NCBI GenBank assembly: GCA_017559955.1
Contig: JAFYPQ010000012.1
Coordinates: 10,443 to 74,442 of the forward strand
Direction of reading: 5' to 3'
DNA from: Bacteroidales bacterium
GTDB taxonomy: Bacteria > Bacteroidota > Bacteroidia > Bacteroidales > G3-4614
DNA: 64,000 nucleotides
The notes below the pieces were generated by a model. It saw nothing but the letters and a program-made list of their open reading frames with translations, was not told the DNA's origin and did not search any database. Both the position numbers and the translations under genes were made by a program. This document shows positions 15,535 to 25,320 of the stretch, in pieces. Position 1 is the first letter of the stretch; each line of letters begins with the position of its first letter.

Positions 15535-16767
15535 CTATCCGAAAAAGATGTAGGCTACAATTATTGCGGCAATAATTCCAACAAGATCGGCAAAGAGACC
15601 AACCCCTGCGGCATAGCGACTCTTTTTTATACCTACGGCACCAAAATAGACCGCAAGAATATATAGAGTGGTATCTGTCGAACCTTGTATTGTAGAGGCT
15701 ACCCGGGCAACAAACGAATCGGCTCCGTATGTTGTCATGGCATCAACCATCATACCTCTTGCTCCGCTTCCGCTAAGAGGTTTCATAAGTGCAGTGGGTA
15801 TTGCTCCCACAAAATCGGTATCAACACCGCAAGCTGCCACCAAGTAGGTTACCCCGTCGGTTAAAAACTCCATTGCTCCTGATGCTCTAAACATTCCTAT
15901 TGCAACCAACATAGCCACCAAATAAGGGATTATGGTTACTGCCGTTTTAAAGCCCTCTTTTGCTCCGTCAATAAATGCTTCATAAACATTTATTCTTTTG
16001 CGTACTCCTGCTATAAGGAAGAGCATTATAATTAAAAAGAGTAAGGAGTTTGCACCAACAGTTGAGTAGAGTGAAACCTTCTCTTGAGGAAGATTCATAA
16101 AGAATATCAAAACCCCGCCAATAAGGGCTGTAACAACTGCTATGGTTGATAATATAACTTTGTCGAATAAATTAATTCGTTGTTTTATACAGGTTACAAT
16201 CAATCCAACAAGAGTTGATATATATGTAGCTATAAGTATAGGAAGAAATACATCAGAGGGATTGATGGCTCCCATTTGGGCTCGATACACCATTACACTG
16301 ATGGGGACAAGAGTAAGCCCTGTTGTATTGAGAACCAAGAACATTATCATTGCATCGGTTGCTCTATCTTTTTGGGTATTTACCTCCTGCATCTCTTTCA
16401 TTGCTTTCAGACCAAGAGGAGTTGCCGCATTATCCAAGCCTAACATATTGGCAGAGAAATTCATAAATATCGACCCGAAAATGGGGCTGTCTTTGGGAAG
16501 AGAAGGAAACAAGCGTGAGAAAAACGGAGATACCATACGTGCAAATATTGCTATGATGCCTCCACGTTCTCCTATCTTCATCAGTCCGAGCCATAACGAC
16601 AAAACTCCTGTCAATCCCAAAGAAATTTCAAAGGCTGTTCGTGCCGACGAGAACGAAGAGTTCATGATTTCACTCCACACGTTATAATCACCAAAGAATA
16701 TGGTTTGCACAAGTGCAGCCAAAAAGGCAATAAAAAAGAATCCTATCCAAATATAATTCAGTACCAT
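15535..16767 (-). CDS. Nucleoside recognition domain-containing membrane protein (SpmA/SpmB-like fusion)
   Basis: 410 aa polytopic protein with a duplicated Gate/nucleoside-recognition type architecture. Confidence 0.7.
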   Translation of the reverse strand: MVLNYIWIGFFFIAFLAALVQTIFFGDYNVWSEIMNSSFSSARTAFEISLGLTGVLSLWLGLMKIGERGGIIAIFARMVSPFFSRLFPSLPKDSPIFGSIFMNFSANMLGLDNAATPLGLKAMKEMQEVNTQKDRATDAMIMFLVLNTTGLTLVPISVMVYRAQMGAINPSDVFLPILIATYISTLVGLIVTCIKQRINLFDKVILSTIAVVTALIGGVLIFFMNLPQEKVSLYSTVGANSLLFLIIMLFLIAGVRKRINVYEAFIDGAKEGFKTAVTIIPYLVAMLVAIGMFRASGAMEFLTDGVTYLVAACGVDTDFVGAIPTALMKPLSGSGARGMMVDAMTTYGADSFVARVASTIQGSTDTTLYILAVYFGAVGIKKSRYAAGVGLFADLVGIIAAIIVAYIFFG

Positions 16768-16772
16768 ATCTC

Positions 16773-19433
16773 TTAACCTCTGCCGCTATTGTCGATTAGT
16801 GTACGAAGTTTATTGTTAAATCGTTCGTTAGCCATTAGTTGTTCAATTGTCAAGTGCATGCGATAACGCCAATGATGACGTGCAACAGCAGGAATATTTA
16901 TGCGTTCGGTTTCAACATCGGCAAAACGTATATTCTCATCGATAGATAACCAGTCTTGGAATGAAAGAATAGCCAATAGCGAAGGGCTGTAAAGGTGTCG
17001 GCAAACAACCTCCTCACAAATCTCTCCACTTGCCACACGGGGTGTTGCTCCTCCATGGTTAAGCATAATACGATAGTAGTGGTCGGTAACTTCCGGGTTT
17101 TCTTCCCACCAACCTCTGAGTGTTGACATATCGTGAGTTGATATTGAACATACCGAGCGTAAAGGATATCCGTACGTGTAACCAAACTCATGATATGGAG
17201 CTTTTGGCATACGTTCAATCTCAAGGCTTAAAATTTGCAACTGCCCCATTACCCAAGGCACACACTCCGGAACCATACCTAAATCTTCTCCACACGCCAA
17301 CATGGCTGTACATTGGGTAAGCATAGGTAATTTTTTCATTGCCTGCTCGTACCAAAACTCGCTATGACGGTGATAGTAATAATAGTCATATAAAGCATTA
17401 AATGCTCCTTGCTCGGCAGATGAGAGCTGTTTGTATATATAGTCGTTTTGAGCACAAATACGGGGATGATAAAGGTTTGTATCGTTGCGATCGGGAACAA
17501 ACAATACATCGCTTATTAGCGAATAAACGCCCTCTCGTATATCGTCGTCAACATAAAAACGATTATTCCAGCACCATGTCTCTACTTTGCGTTGAGTGTC
17601 AAATTCGGGACGCATTTCCCATCGACCATTTGCTGTTGGCGTTAAGAATGTATCTTTAACAAAATCGGCTCTCTCCCCAAAAATATCATTCAGAACATTA
17701 TCATTAATGAAAGGAGTTGTCATAAACTGAGGACGGAATTCAAGTCCGAAACCGGCAATCTCCTCACTTGACATTCCTTTTGCAGGAACAAATTGTCCTA
17801 ACAATCCGTGAACCGAGTGTGTAGGAATTTCCCATATGCGGAAGAAACCAAGAATGTGGTCAATTCGATAAGCTGTAAAATATTCGCTCATCTTGCCAAA
17901 TCTTTTACGCCACCATGCATAATTATCTTTGGCCATAACATCCCAATTGTAAGTAGGGAAGCCCCAATTTTGTCCATTTGTAGAGAATGCATCGGGTGGA
18001 GCACCCGCCTGACCGCTCATATTAAAATAGTGAGGTTCAATCCAAGCCTCCACACTGCAACGGCTAATACCAATTGGAATATCGCCTTTAAGTATCACAT
18101 TTTTACTGCGTGCAAACTTACTTACTTCCAAAAGTTGAATATGCAAGTTGTATTGTATGTAGTAGTAGAGAGAAATGTTTTGATATGCTTCATTTGTTGG
18201 CGAGCATAACTCTTTAACTCTCTTCTCATCATAAACGGCATATTCGCCCCATGTATTAAAATCGGGAGTTGAATGAATGTCTCTCAGATACGAGAATGCA
18301 GCATATGGCAACAACCAATGAGAGTTCTCTTCAAAAAACTTCTTATAGCCTGCCGAAGCCAATACTCTTTTGCCATTTTGTTTGAAGAAGGCTTTGATAT
18401 ATGCCATTTTTGTTGAGTTAACACCTTCGTAATCAACAAACGGAGAGGCATTCAACCTTTTACGCTGAGCTTCAAACTCCTCGGCAAGAGCCTTATTACG
18501 CAAACTGCCCAATTGGCGAATATCGATATACATTGGGTGAAAAGCGTAAATGGATATACTATTATATGGATAAGAGTCTGTCCACGTATTACTTATAGTG
18601 GTGTCGTTAATAGGCAAAATCTGTACTGCCTTTTGATGTGTGTATGCCGCCCAACAAACAAAATCTTTAAGGTCTCCAAAGTCTCCTACACCAAAACTCC
18701 CTTCACCTCGTAACGAGAATACAGGAATAGCGGTACCTGCTATTTTTTTATCTAAACAGTCGAAGAATGGCTCCATTTCGGGCGAGTAAAAAATTTCACC
18801 CTCATCCAAGTCGGTAACATACATCGAACGATTTTCTCCTCGCTCCCACTCTATGATAACTCCATTCTCGTCAATGATAACAAACTTAAATTCATATCGA
18901 GCTGCAGAGTCGGCACAAATTGTACCTTCCCAAACAAAGGGTTCGACCTCCTTCATCGGAATAGGAATTTTCCAACCTCCCAAAATAGCCTCTCTTCCAC
19001 AAATAGCAACACGTTTACCATTGCCAATATGAGGTACCAATGCTCTAAAAACAGTGTTGCTATTCTCTATAACACAACCATCGTAAGGCGAAAAAACTTT
19101 ATCTCCGCTAAAAGCCGAGGTAAAAAGATATGCAAATTCGGGCAAATCTCTCCAAGTATCATAAACATAGAGTTTTGCTTTATTATTTTTGCCTATCCAT
19201 AATGAGTGAGATACTATTCCGCTCTCTATGCGAATAGGCTCTCCATTCTCATATACAGCATATGAATACTCTAATTTAATGTCGGAAGGAACCCCTTCCA
19301 ATGTTATTGCTCCACTCCATGTGGCATCGTTATAGCTATTCAAAAAAAGAGGTGAAATGTCTCTGTTTTTAAAAACAACTGCAATTACTTCATCGCCTTT
19401 GGTGCGATACTCAATCTTAAATTCTATTACCAT
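16773..19433 (-). CDS. malQ: 4-alpha-glucanotransferase (GH77) with N-terminal starch-binding (CBM20-like) domains
   Basis: YRIDHILGFFRIWEIP catalytic-region motif and WGFPTYNW. The long N-terminal beta-rich extension is typical of Bacteroidota MalQ. Confidence 0.9.
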   Translation of the reverse strand: MVIEFKIEYRTKGDEVIAVVFKNRDISPLFLNSYNDATWSGAITLEGVPSDIKLEYSYAVYENGEPIRIESGIVSHSLWIGKNNKAKLYVYDTWRDLPEFAYLFTSAFSGDKVFSPYDGCVIENSNTVFRALVPHIGNGKRVAICGREAILGGWKIPIPMKEVEPFVWEGTICADSAARYEFKFVIIDENGVIIEWERGENRSMYVTDLDEGEIFYSPEMEPFFDCLDKKIAGTAIPVFSLRGEGSFGVGDFGDLKDFVCWAAYTHQKAVQILPINDTTISNTWTDSYPYNSISIYAFHPMYIDIRQLGSLRNKALAEEFEAQRKRLNASPFVDYEGVNSTKMAYIKAFFKQNGKRVLASAGYKKFFEENSHWLLPYAAFSYLRDIHSTPDFNTWGEYAVYDEKRVKELCSPTNEAYQNISLYYYIQYNLHIQLLEVSKFARSKNVILKGDIPIGISRCSVEAWIEPHYFNMSGQAGAPPDAFSTNGQNWGFPTYNWDVMAKDNYAWWRKRFGKMSEYFTAYRIDHILGFFRIWEIPTHSVHGLLGQFVPAKGMSSEEIAGFGLEFRPQFMTTPFINDNVLNDIFGERADFVKDTFLTPTANGRWEMRPEFDTQRKVETWCWNNRFYVDDDIREGVYSLISDVLFVPDRNDTNLYHPRICAQNDYIYKQLSSAEQGAFNALYDYYYYHRHSEFWYEQAMKKLPMLTQCTAMLACGEDLGMVPECVPWVMGQLQILSLEIERMPKAPYHEFGYTYGYPLRSVCSISTHDMSTLRGWWEENPEVTDHYYRIMLNHGGATPRVASGEICEEVVCRHLYSPSLLAILSFQDWLSIDENIRFADVETERINIPAVARHHWRYRMHLTIEQLMANERFNNKLRTLIDNSGRG

Positions 19434-19491
19434 TTGTAACTATTATAGTAAATATAAGAATACTCTCTAAGTATTTGTATTAATACACTTT

Positions 19492-19499
19492 CAAAGATA
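19492..19499 (-). promoter_or_regulatory. -7 promoter box (TATCTTTG on minus strand) for malQ
   Basis: Exact TAnnTTTG match 59 nt upstream of the ATG at 19433. Confidence 0.45.
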
Positions 19500-19542
19500 T
19501 TACTATTTTTTTATCTATACTCAATTTGTCTTAAAAAAACTT

Positions 19543-19550
19543 TATATTTG
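19543..19550 (+). promoter_or_regulatory. -7 promoter box (TATATTTG) for the DUF4091 gene
   Basis: Exact TAnnTTTG match 77 nt upstream of the ATG at 19627, with a TTTG at 19525-19528 upstream. Confidence 0.4.
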
Positions 19551-19626
19551 AGCTACTATATTAAATAAATGAGATATTTTTGTAGAGATAAAAACATCCG
19601 ATGTCGGAATAAATAAAAACTACTAT

Positions 19627-21387
19627 ATGAAAAAAATACTATTACCATTTGCTCTGTTAGGTTTGTTGGCTTGTAATACAAACAAGGTTGAAGAGGTAAA
19701 TTATAATACTCCATACCCTTTGACATCGTACGAAGAGTTGGAAGATACAAAACCTGTTAATGAAGAGGCATGGAATAACCTTTCGGAGAGTTTCAATGTA
19801 ACATGGGCAGATAAAAACATTCACTACTCATATAAAAACGTACCCGATGTAGTTACTTTTACCGATACAACTATCCGTGTTTGGCGTGGAGAAAGGGTTT
19901 CGGCTTTAGCTCTTATTTATACAGCAGAAGAGATAGAAGACGTTGAATTAAAAATATCTCAGATTGACGGAGTAAAAGGGAGTGCCGAGGCAAACTTTGT
20001 AACATACGTTATGACCGACGGATTTAATGCCGACGGAAACGGTACTTGCGGACATCGTCCCGACCACTCAATATATGATAGTTCGATGGTTGCCGATGTA
20101 ATAGACAATCAAAAAGTAAAAAATTTAAAAGCTCGCAGGGTACGTCCGGTTTGGTGTACGTTTGAAGTGCCAATGAATATTGCTCCCGGCAACTACAATG
20201 TTACTCTTAAAGTAAAACAAGGCTGGAAAACATTAGGTAAGCTTACTGCTGAAATTGATGTGCTTGATAAGACTCTGCCCGAGCCAAAAGATTATGTATT
20301 TCACCTTGATTTGTGGCAACAACCATATTCTGTTTCACGTTACTACAATGTTGAGAAGTGGAGCGACAAACATTTTGAGGCTATGCGACCTATGATGAAA
20401 GCACTTGCCCGTGCAGGACAAAAGGTAATTTCAACCGAAATTATTTATGAGCCATGGGGCGAACAATCGCACGATAAATTTGACCCTATGATTGAGACCA
20501 CACTCAAAACCGATGGTTCATGGGCATATGATTACACTATTTTCGACCGTTGGGTTGAGTTTATGATGGAGTGTGGCATCGACAAAGAGATAAAATGCTT
20601 CTCAATGGTTCCGTGGGATATGAATTTCCGCTACTTCGATGAGGCAACAGGTGAATATAAATTCATACACGCTAAAACATCCGACCCCGAATACAGAGAG
20701 TTTTGGAGACCCCTTTTAACAGAGTTTGCAAAACACCTTAAAGAGAAGGGATGGTACGAAAAAACATCAATCTGTATGGACGAACGTGAGTTAAGTGCAA
20801 TGCTTGATGCCTATAACCTATTGCAAGAGATTGTACCCGGAATGAAGATGTCGCTTGCAGGAAACTATCACAAAGAGTTGGTTGATTTGTTGTATGACTT
20901 TACAGTGCAATATGAGCAATATTTCTCAAAAGAGGAGTTGGAACGACGTAAAGCAAACGGCGGAGTAACATTATACTACACAAGTTGTGCAACAACATAT
21001 CCTAACTCATATACATTCTCATCTCCTGCCGAGTCGGCTTGTATGCCTTTGCATGCAGTACAAGCAGGATTTGACGGATTTTTACGTTGGGCGTACAATA
21101 ATTGGGGGGAAGACCCATTGCACGACACACGCTACCGTATGTGGGGAGCAGGAGATGCATTTCTCATTTATCCGGGATTTAGAAGTTCGGTACGCTTCGA
21201 GCGATTGGTAGAGGGAATTCAGGATGCAGAGAAGATATGTATCTTACGTGAGGAGTATAAAACAAACGGAAACCATAAGGCGGTGGCAGAGTTGGAAGAA
21301 TTAATAAACAACTTTGCTGAAGGAGAAATGAACGCCGAGAATGCAGGTTGTAAAGTAAATGCTTTAGAAAAGGTATTAAACAGATAG
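19627..21387 (+). CDS. DUF4091 domain-containing lipoprotein (GH123-like glycoside hydrolase)
   Basis: Lipobox LLACN. C-terminal FLRWAYNNW and DAFLIYPG motifs resemble DUF4091/GH123 proteins as I remember them. Confidence 0.65.
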   Translation: MKKILLPFALLGLLACNTNKVEEVNYNTPYPLTSYEELEDTKPVNEEAWNNLSESFNVTWADKNIHYSYKNVPDVVTFTDTTIRVWRGERVSALALIYTAEEIEDVELKISQIDGVKGSAEANFVTYVMTDGFNADGNGTCGHRPDHSIYDSSMVADVIDNQKVKNLKARRVRPVWCTFEVPMNIAPGNYNVTLKVKQGWKTLGKLTAEIDVLDKTLPEPKDYVFHLDLWQQPYSVSRYYNVEKWSDKHFEAMRPMMKALARAGQKVISTEIIYEPWGEQSHDKFDPMIETTLKTDGSWAYDYTIFDRWVEFMMECGIDKEIKCFSMVPWDMNFRYFDEATGEYKFIHAKTSDPEYREFWRPLLTEFAKHLKEKGWYEKTSICMDERELSAMLDAYNLLQEIVPGMKMSLAGNYHKELVDLLYDFTVQYEQYFSKEELERRKANGGVTLYYTSCATTYPNSYTFSSPAESACMPLHAVQAGFDGFLRWAYNNWGEDPLHDTRYRMWGAGDAFLIYPGFRSSVRFERLVEGIQDAEKICILREEYKTNGNHKAVAELEELINNFAEGEMNAENAGCKVNALEKVLNR

Positions 21388-21393
21388 AAATTT

Positions 21394-22353
21394 TTGACTA
21401 TGAATAGAATATGTAAATTGTTTGGGATAAAATACCCCATTATATCGGGAGGTATGGTTTGGTGTAGCGGTTGGCGATTAGCCGCTGCCGTAAGCAATGC
21501 AGGAGGCTTAGGATTAATAGGTGCAGGTTCGATGCATCCCGAAACATTAAGAGATCACATTCAAAAGTGTAAAGCGGCAACAGACAAACCTTTTGGAGTA
21601 AACATTCCTCTTATGTATCCTCAAATAGAGGAGATAATGCAAATTGTTACCGAAGAGAAAGTAAAGGTCATCTTTACATCGGCAGGAAGTCCCAAAAAGT
21701 GGACCGATTTTCTACACCAAAACGGAGCGGTGGTAGCACACGTGGTCTCATCGTCGCTATTCGCCAAAAAGTGCGAAGATGCTGGAGTTGATGCCATAGT
21801 TGCCGAAGGATTTGAGGCAGGCGGACATAATGGTCGTGAGGAGACTACAACCCTTTGTCTGATACCGGCAGTACGCAAAGCAACAACACTGCCCCTTATT
21901 GCAGCAGGAGGAGTAGCAACAGGTTCGGCAATGGCGGCAACTTTTGCCCTTGGTGCGGAAGGAGTGCAAATAGGAACACGCTTTGCAATGACCGAAGAGA
22001 GTTCGGCGAATGAGGAGTTTAAAAAACTATGCCGTTCATTAAACGAAGGCGATACAAAACTTATGTTAAAGCAACTCGCTCCAACACGTCTGATTAAAAA
22101 CAACTTTTACAAACAGGTAGAGGAGGCTGAGTTACGAGGGGTATCAATTGAAGAGTTAAAAGAGCTATTGGGGAAAGGACGTGCCAAAAAAGGAATATTT
22201 GAAGGGGATTTAGAAGAAGGAGAATTAGAGATAGGACAAGTTGCATCCCTTATAACAAACCCTGAGACAGCACAAGAGGCTGTAAAAGATATAATAACCG
22301 ATTTCGAAGAAACAATAAAGAATATCTCAACTATAAAATTCGATTCTATGTAG
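21394..22353 (+). CDS. NAD(P)H-dependent flavin oxidoreductase (nitronate monooxygenase / FabK-like enoyl-ACP reductase II family)
   Basis: YPIISGGMVW, GFEAGGH and AAGG...GAEGVQIGTRF motifs of the NMO/FabK TIM-barrel family. Confidence 0.85.
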   Translation: MTMNRICKLFGIKYPIISGGMVWCSGWRLAAAVSNAGGLGLIGAGSMHPETLRDHIQKCKAATDKPFGVNIPLMYPQIEEIMQIVTEEKVKVIFTSAGSPKKWTDFLHQNGAVVAHVVSSSLFAKKCEDAGVDAIVAEGFEAGGHNGREETTTLCLIPAVRKATTLPLIAAGGVATGSAMAATFALGAEGVQIGTRFAMTEESSANEEFKKLCRSLNEGDTKLMLKQLAPTRLIKNNFYKQVEEAELRGVSIEELKELLGKGRAKKGIFEGDLEEGELEIGQVASLITNPETAQEAVKDIITDFEETIKNISTIKFDSM

Positions 22354-22368
22354 TCGCTTCCGTCTAAT

Positions 22369-22857
22369 TTAACGTAAGTTCGATATAATATTAGAATAAA
22401 TAAAGTTGTCCGTCGTTATAAATTTCAAATCAATGGCGGGTTTCTTTTCAAAGAAACAATATGCAGCAATAGCACTCAAAGCATTTGCAATAAAGTTATT
22501 AAACGAGCGATGACGAGAATGTTCAATTTGGGCAATAATTTTAAGTTGTCATTTACTGTTTAATATAAGTGCACGTTTTCTTAAACAAATGTCAGTAAAA
22601 TTCATAAGCGAGTTTTTCATATTATTCTTGACCTTGGTAAACAACTGAATACCATCAATAAAAAGGTTCTCTGTCATCAACCTCACCGGTTGTAAAACGA
22701 AATTCAAGATTTCGTCTTTATCGTTGATAATCAAATGGAGCTTGAAGCCAAAGAACCACCCTATAGAACATTTACCATAATTGGCAAAACCTTCAAAAGT
22801 TTTGTGAATATGTTGGTTACAACGATGACACTTGCCGTCATCAGGTGTTGAAAGCAT
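22369..22857 (-). pseudogene. IS982 family transposase pseudogene (internal deletion plus in-frame TGA at 22549-22551)
   Basis: GKCSIGWFFGFKLHLIINDKDEIL DDE region. After the in-frame stop, QLKIIAQIEHSRHRSFNNF carries the IEHSRHRS signature of IS982. The N-terminal ADEFCTFF segment upstream is out of context, consistent with a deletion of about 300 bp. Confidence 0.8.
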
Positions 22858-23060
22858 ATATTTTTCTTGTTGTGCATTAAAAAAGGTGCAGAATTCATCT
22901 GCTAAATAAAAAGTTTATGTAATTTTACCCTCAGAGAACATAGCGGTAAGAGTTTGTCGTTGTTCTTTGTGTTCTTAAATTTACAACTATTATCGCTATT
23001 CTCCTAATTTTTAAAGGGTTAATTAAAAATATTTTTAATTCCTTATATCGAACTCACGTT
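22371..23060 (-). mobile_element. Decayed IS982 family insertion sequence (about 690 bp, internally deleted)
   Basis: Terminal inverted repeats aacgtaagttcgatataa (22371-22388) and ttatatcgaactcacgtt (23043-23060) match at 17 of 18 positions. The interior encodes broken IS982-type transposase segments. Confidence 0.8.
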
Positions 23061-23074
23061 GAAATATAACTTTT

Positions 23075-25012
23075 ATGAAACGAATATTTTTACTTCTTGC
23101 TATTATTAGCCTTCTATCATCATGTTCTAAAAACAGCAATAAATCTATCGAACATATTGATTTTGACTTTGCAAACAACGAGAGACCGAGAGACTTGGAA
23201 AGATTAGAATATGATGATGATGGCTATCTGATTAAACGTATTTGGTATTCAAACGTTAAATTAGAATGGAAAGTTGTTTATAGCTACAATTCTGATGGTA
23301 TTAGAACAGGTAGAGTAAAATACAACTCCCTTGGAGATGTATTAGAAAGTCAGAAATATGATATAAACAATAAAAGTAATAAGGCGGAGGCAGAAGTAAA
23401 AACTAAAATAGAACCTAAATCTGTAAAAGAGACAGATTCTGAGGGAAATATAATTTTGGAGGCTGAGTATGATGAATACGGCGACTTAACAACCAAAGCT
23501 ACATATGAATATGATATAGATGGACATTGTGTTAAGGCAGAATATTATGACAAATATAATATATATTATACAATAAAATATAATCCTGAAGGATATATAA
23601 TTGAAGAGTTAAATTATAACCATAGAGGAAATTTATTATCAAAAATAATCTATAACTATTACCCTGATGAGAATAGAACAGAATGGGTGGGATATGACTC
23701 TTATGGCAAGCTTATCGAAAGGTATCTATTTACTTACAATCTATCAGGAAGCATATTAGAGTGTAAGGGCTATAGATCTGACGGCGAATTAGAGTATAAA
23801 ACAAAATCGGTTAATGACGCTAATGGGAATAGAATTGATTATGAACTTATGTGCTATTACGAAGAGCCAAACTCAGAGAAGTGGTTATTTAAATATGATT
23901 CAGACAGAAATATAATAGAAGAAGCAAATTATAGTTTCTGCGAGAACGAATGGAGCATAAACAATACATACAAGTATAAATATGATGCTAATGGGAATAG
24001 AATTGAGGTGAGTACATATAATCCTGAAGGGATTATGTTGGGGAAGACTACTACTAAATATGACTCTTTTAGAAATATAATTGAAAAAATAGTGTATGGC
24101 TCAGATGGAAAAATTGACAATAAATATATAACAAAATATAATTCTGAGGGAAATAAAAAAGAAACCGCAAAATCATTCATTAGAGACGGCAATAAATATA
24201 CTGAAACAACACGTAAGTTTAACTCTAAAGGCAAAATAATAGAATCTGTATCTTACAAAGGAGGGAAGTTAATCAAAAAGTTCATTGCAACGTGTAATTC
24301 TGAAGATGAGATAATTGAAACCTCTGAGTCGGAATACAATAATGGGAAATTAGTGAAAGAGAATATATGCAAATATAACTCAGCTGGCATAAAAACAGAA
24401 TCAGCATCGTATGGACTTGAAGGTGTATTGTATAATAAATATGTATCAAAATGGAACTCTCAAGGGAATATGACAGAAGAGTGTGAATATGGAAACGGAG
24501 AATATAAAGGGGAAGAGAGATACAAATACGATTCTGACGGAAATCTTATTGAGTGTGAATATTATAACTCTGACGGATATCTAAAGTTGATAAGTAAGTA
24601 TAATCCTCAAGGAGAATGTACCGAGGCTAAAAAATATGACAGTAACGGCAAATTACAAGAGATAGTAGTATATGAGTATGCCTTTATTGGAAACGAGATT
24701 GAAAAATGTGTTTATGATTCTATTGGTACCTTACAATACAAAACAAAGATTAAGACCTCAAATGGAGGCCAGAGAGAAATAATGAAAGAAATAGCAAATG
24801 GATTGGATGGGAAAGTAGGTTTTCTTTATAGTTTATTTGTTGGGGAAAATTCATTAAATGGAGAATACAATAAAAAAGAGTTGTATGCAATAAAATATGC
24901 ATTATCTGACAAAGTTTTAGAGAAAGGAGAATTACCTAAAAATGTAATGAATGAGTTAAGGGAGAGTAAAGATTTAGATAAAATAATAAATTACGGTTTT
25001 ACTGTTAAGTAA
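23075..25012 (+). CDS. YD-repeat-like lipoprotein (645 aa) with 25 or more tandem units of about 21-23 aa and a non-repeat C-terminal domain
   Basis: Lipobox LLSSCS. The recurring unit x-Y-[DN]-x-x-G-x-[IL]-x-E-x-x-x-Y is seen in YKYDANGNRIEVSTYNPEG and YKYDSDGNLIECEYYNSDG. No RHS core or toxin motif is seen. Confidence 0.7.
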   Translation: MKRIFLLLAIISLLSSCSKNSNKSIEHIDFDFANNERPRDLERLEYDDDGYLIKRIWYSNVKLEWKVVYSYNSDGIRTGRVKYNSLGDVLESQKYDINNKSNKAEAEVKTKIEPKSVKETDSEGNIILEAEYDEYGDLTTKATYEYDIDGHCVKAEYYDKYNIYYTIKYNPEGYIIEELNYNHRGNLLSKIIYNYYPDENRTEWVGYDSYGKLIERYLFTYNLSGSILECKGYRSDGELEYKTKSVNDANGNRIDYELMCYYEEPNSEKWLFKYDSDRNIIEEANYSFCENEWSINNTYKYKYDANGNRIEVSTYNPEGIMLGKTTTKYDSFRNIIEKIVYGSDGKIDNKYITKYNSEGNKKETAKSFIRDGNKYTETTRKFNSKGKIIESVSYKGGKLIKKFIATCNSEDEIIETSESEYNNGKLVKENICKYNSAGIKTESASYGLEGVLYNKYVSKWNSQGNMTEECEYGNGEYKGEERYKYDSDGNLIECEYYNSDGYLKLISKYNPQGECTEAKKYDSNGKLQEIVVYEYAFIGNEIEKCVYDSIGTLQYKTKIKTSNGGQREIMKEIANGLDGKVGFLYSLFVGENSLNGEYNKKELYAIKYALSDKVLEKGELPKNVMNELRESKDLDKIINYGFTVK

Positions 25013-25027
25013 TGATAATGCCATTAT

Positions 25028-25134
25028 TGAAAATGGTTTAATCCCCAAAGGCATGATAAGTCTCTTAAAAATTTGTTCGGAAACAGAACAATTAGGGATA
25101 CCACGGAGAGAGTTGAAAACTTTCTCCATTTTTT
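25028..25134 (+). repeat. Second full copy of the E-element with an intrinsic terminator
   Basis: 25045-25110 aligns without gaps to 4895-4960 at roughly 70% identity by eye. The inner hairpin is tgttc-ggaaaca-gaaca (25074-25090). The terminal hairpin ggagagagt/actttctcc (25105-25127) is followed by T6. Confidence 0.6.
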
Positions 25135-25165
25135 AGACACTATCCATAATTTTGTGTAAATAGAG

Positions 25166-25200
25166 ATTACAGGGTTCAGTATGAACCTTGTAATTTTTTT
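25166..25200 (+). terminator. Second intrinsic terminator-like hairpin downstream of the E-element
   Basis: attacagggttca-gta-tgaaccttgtaat 13-bp stem (one G-U pair) followed by T7. Confidence 0.6.
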
Positions 25201-25292
25201 ATTTAATAGCATTGTTTAAAAAGCAAGATGAGAAGGATAACTATGCTTACTCTATATTGCTAATAACTTTTCCGTGAGAGTCAGCGAGGAAT

Positions 25293-25320
25293 AAAAAAAG
25301 AGCAACCTTTCGATTGCTCT
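25293..25320 (-). terminator. Intrinsic terminator of tRNA-Leu
   Basis: agagcaa-cctttcga-ttgctct stem. On the minus strand it is followed by T7. Confidence 0.75.

Noticed and set aside
16142-16687. Long antisense ORFs inside well-supported genes. Examples: 16142-16687, 21621-22103, 44252-44731, 48867-49568, 49553-50053, 50904-51422, 53458-53886, 57816-58385.
   Set aside because: Each lies fully within a conserved gene on the opposite strand. Their products are low-complexity or Ser/Leu/Pro-rich with no motifs. They look like typical shadow ORFs.
25140-25200. A possible micro-transcript. A TAATTTTG -7 box at 25147-25154 is followed within about 12 nt by the 25166-25200 terminator hairpin.
   Set aside because: The transcript would be little more than the terminator itself. 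It is more simply read as a back-up terminator that insulates the convergent tRNA-Leu gene.
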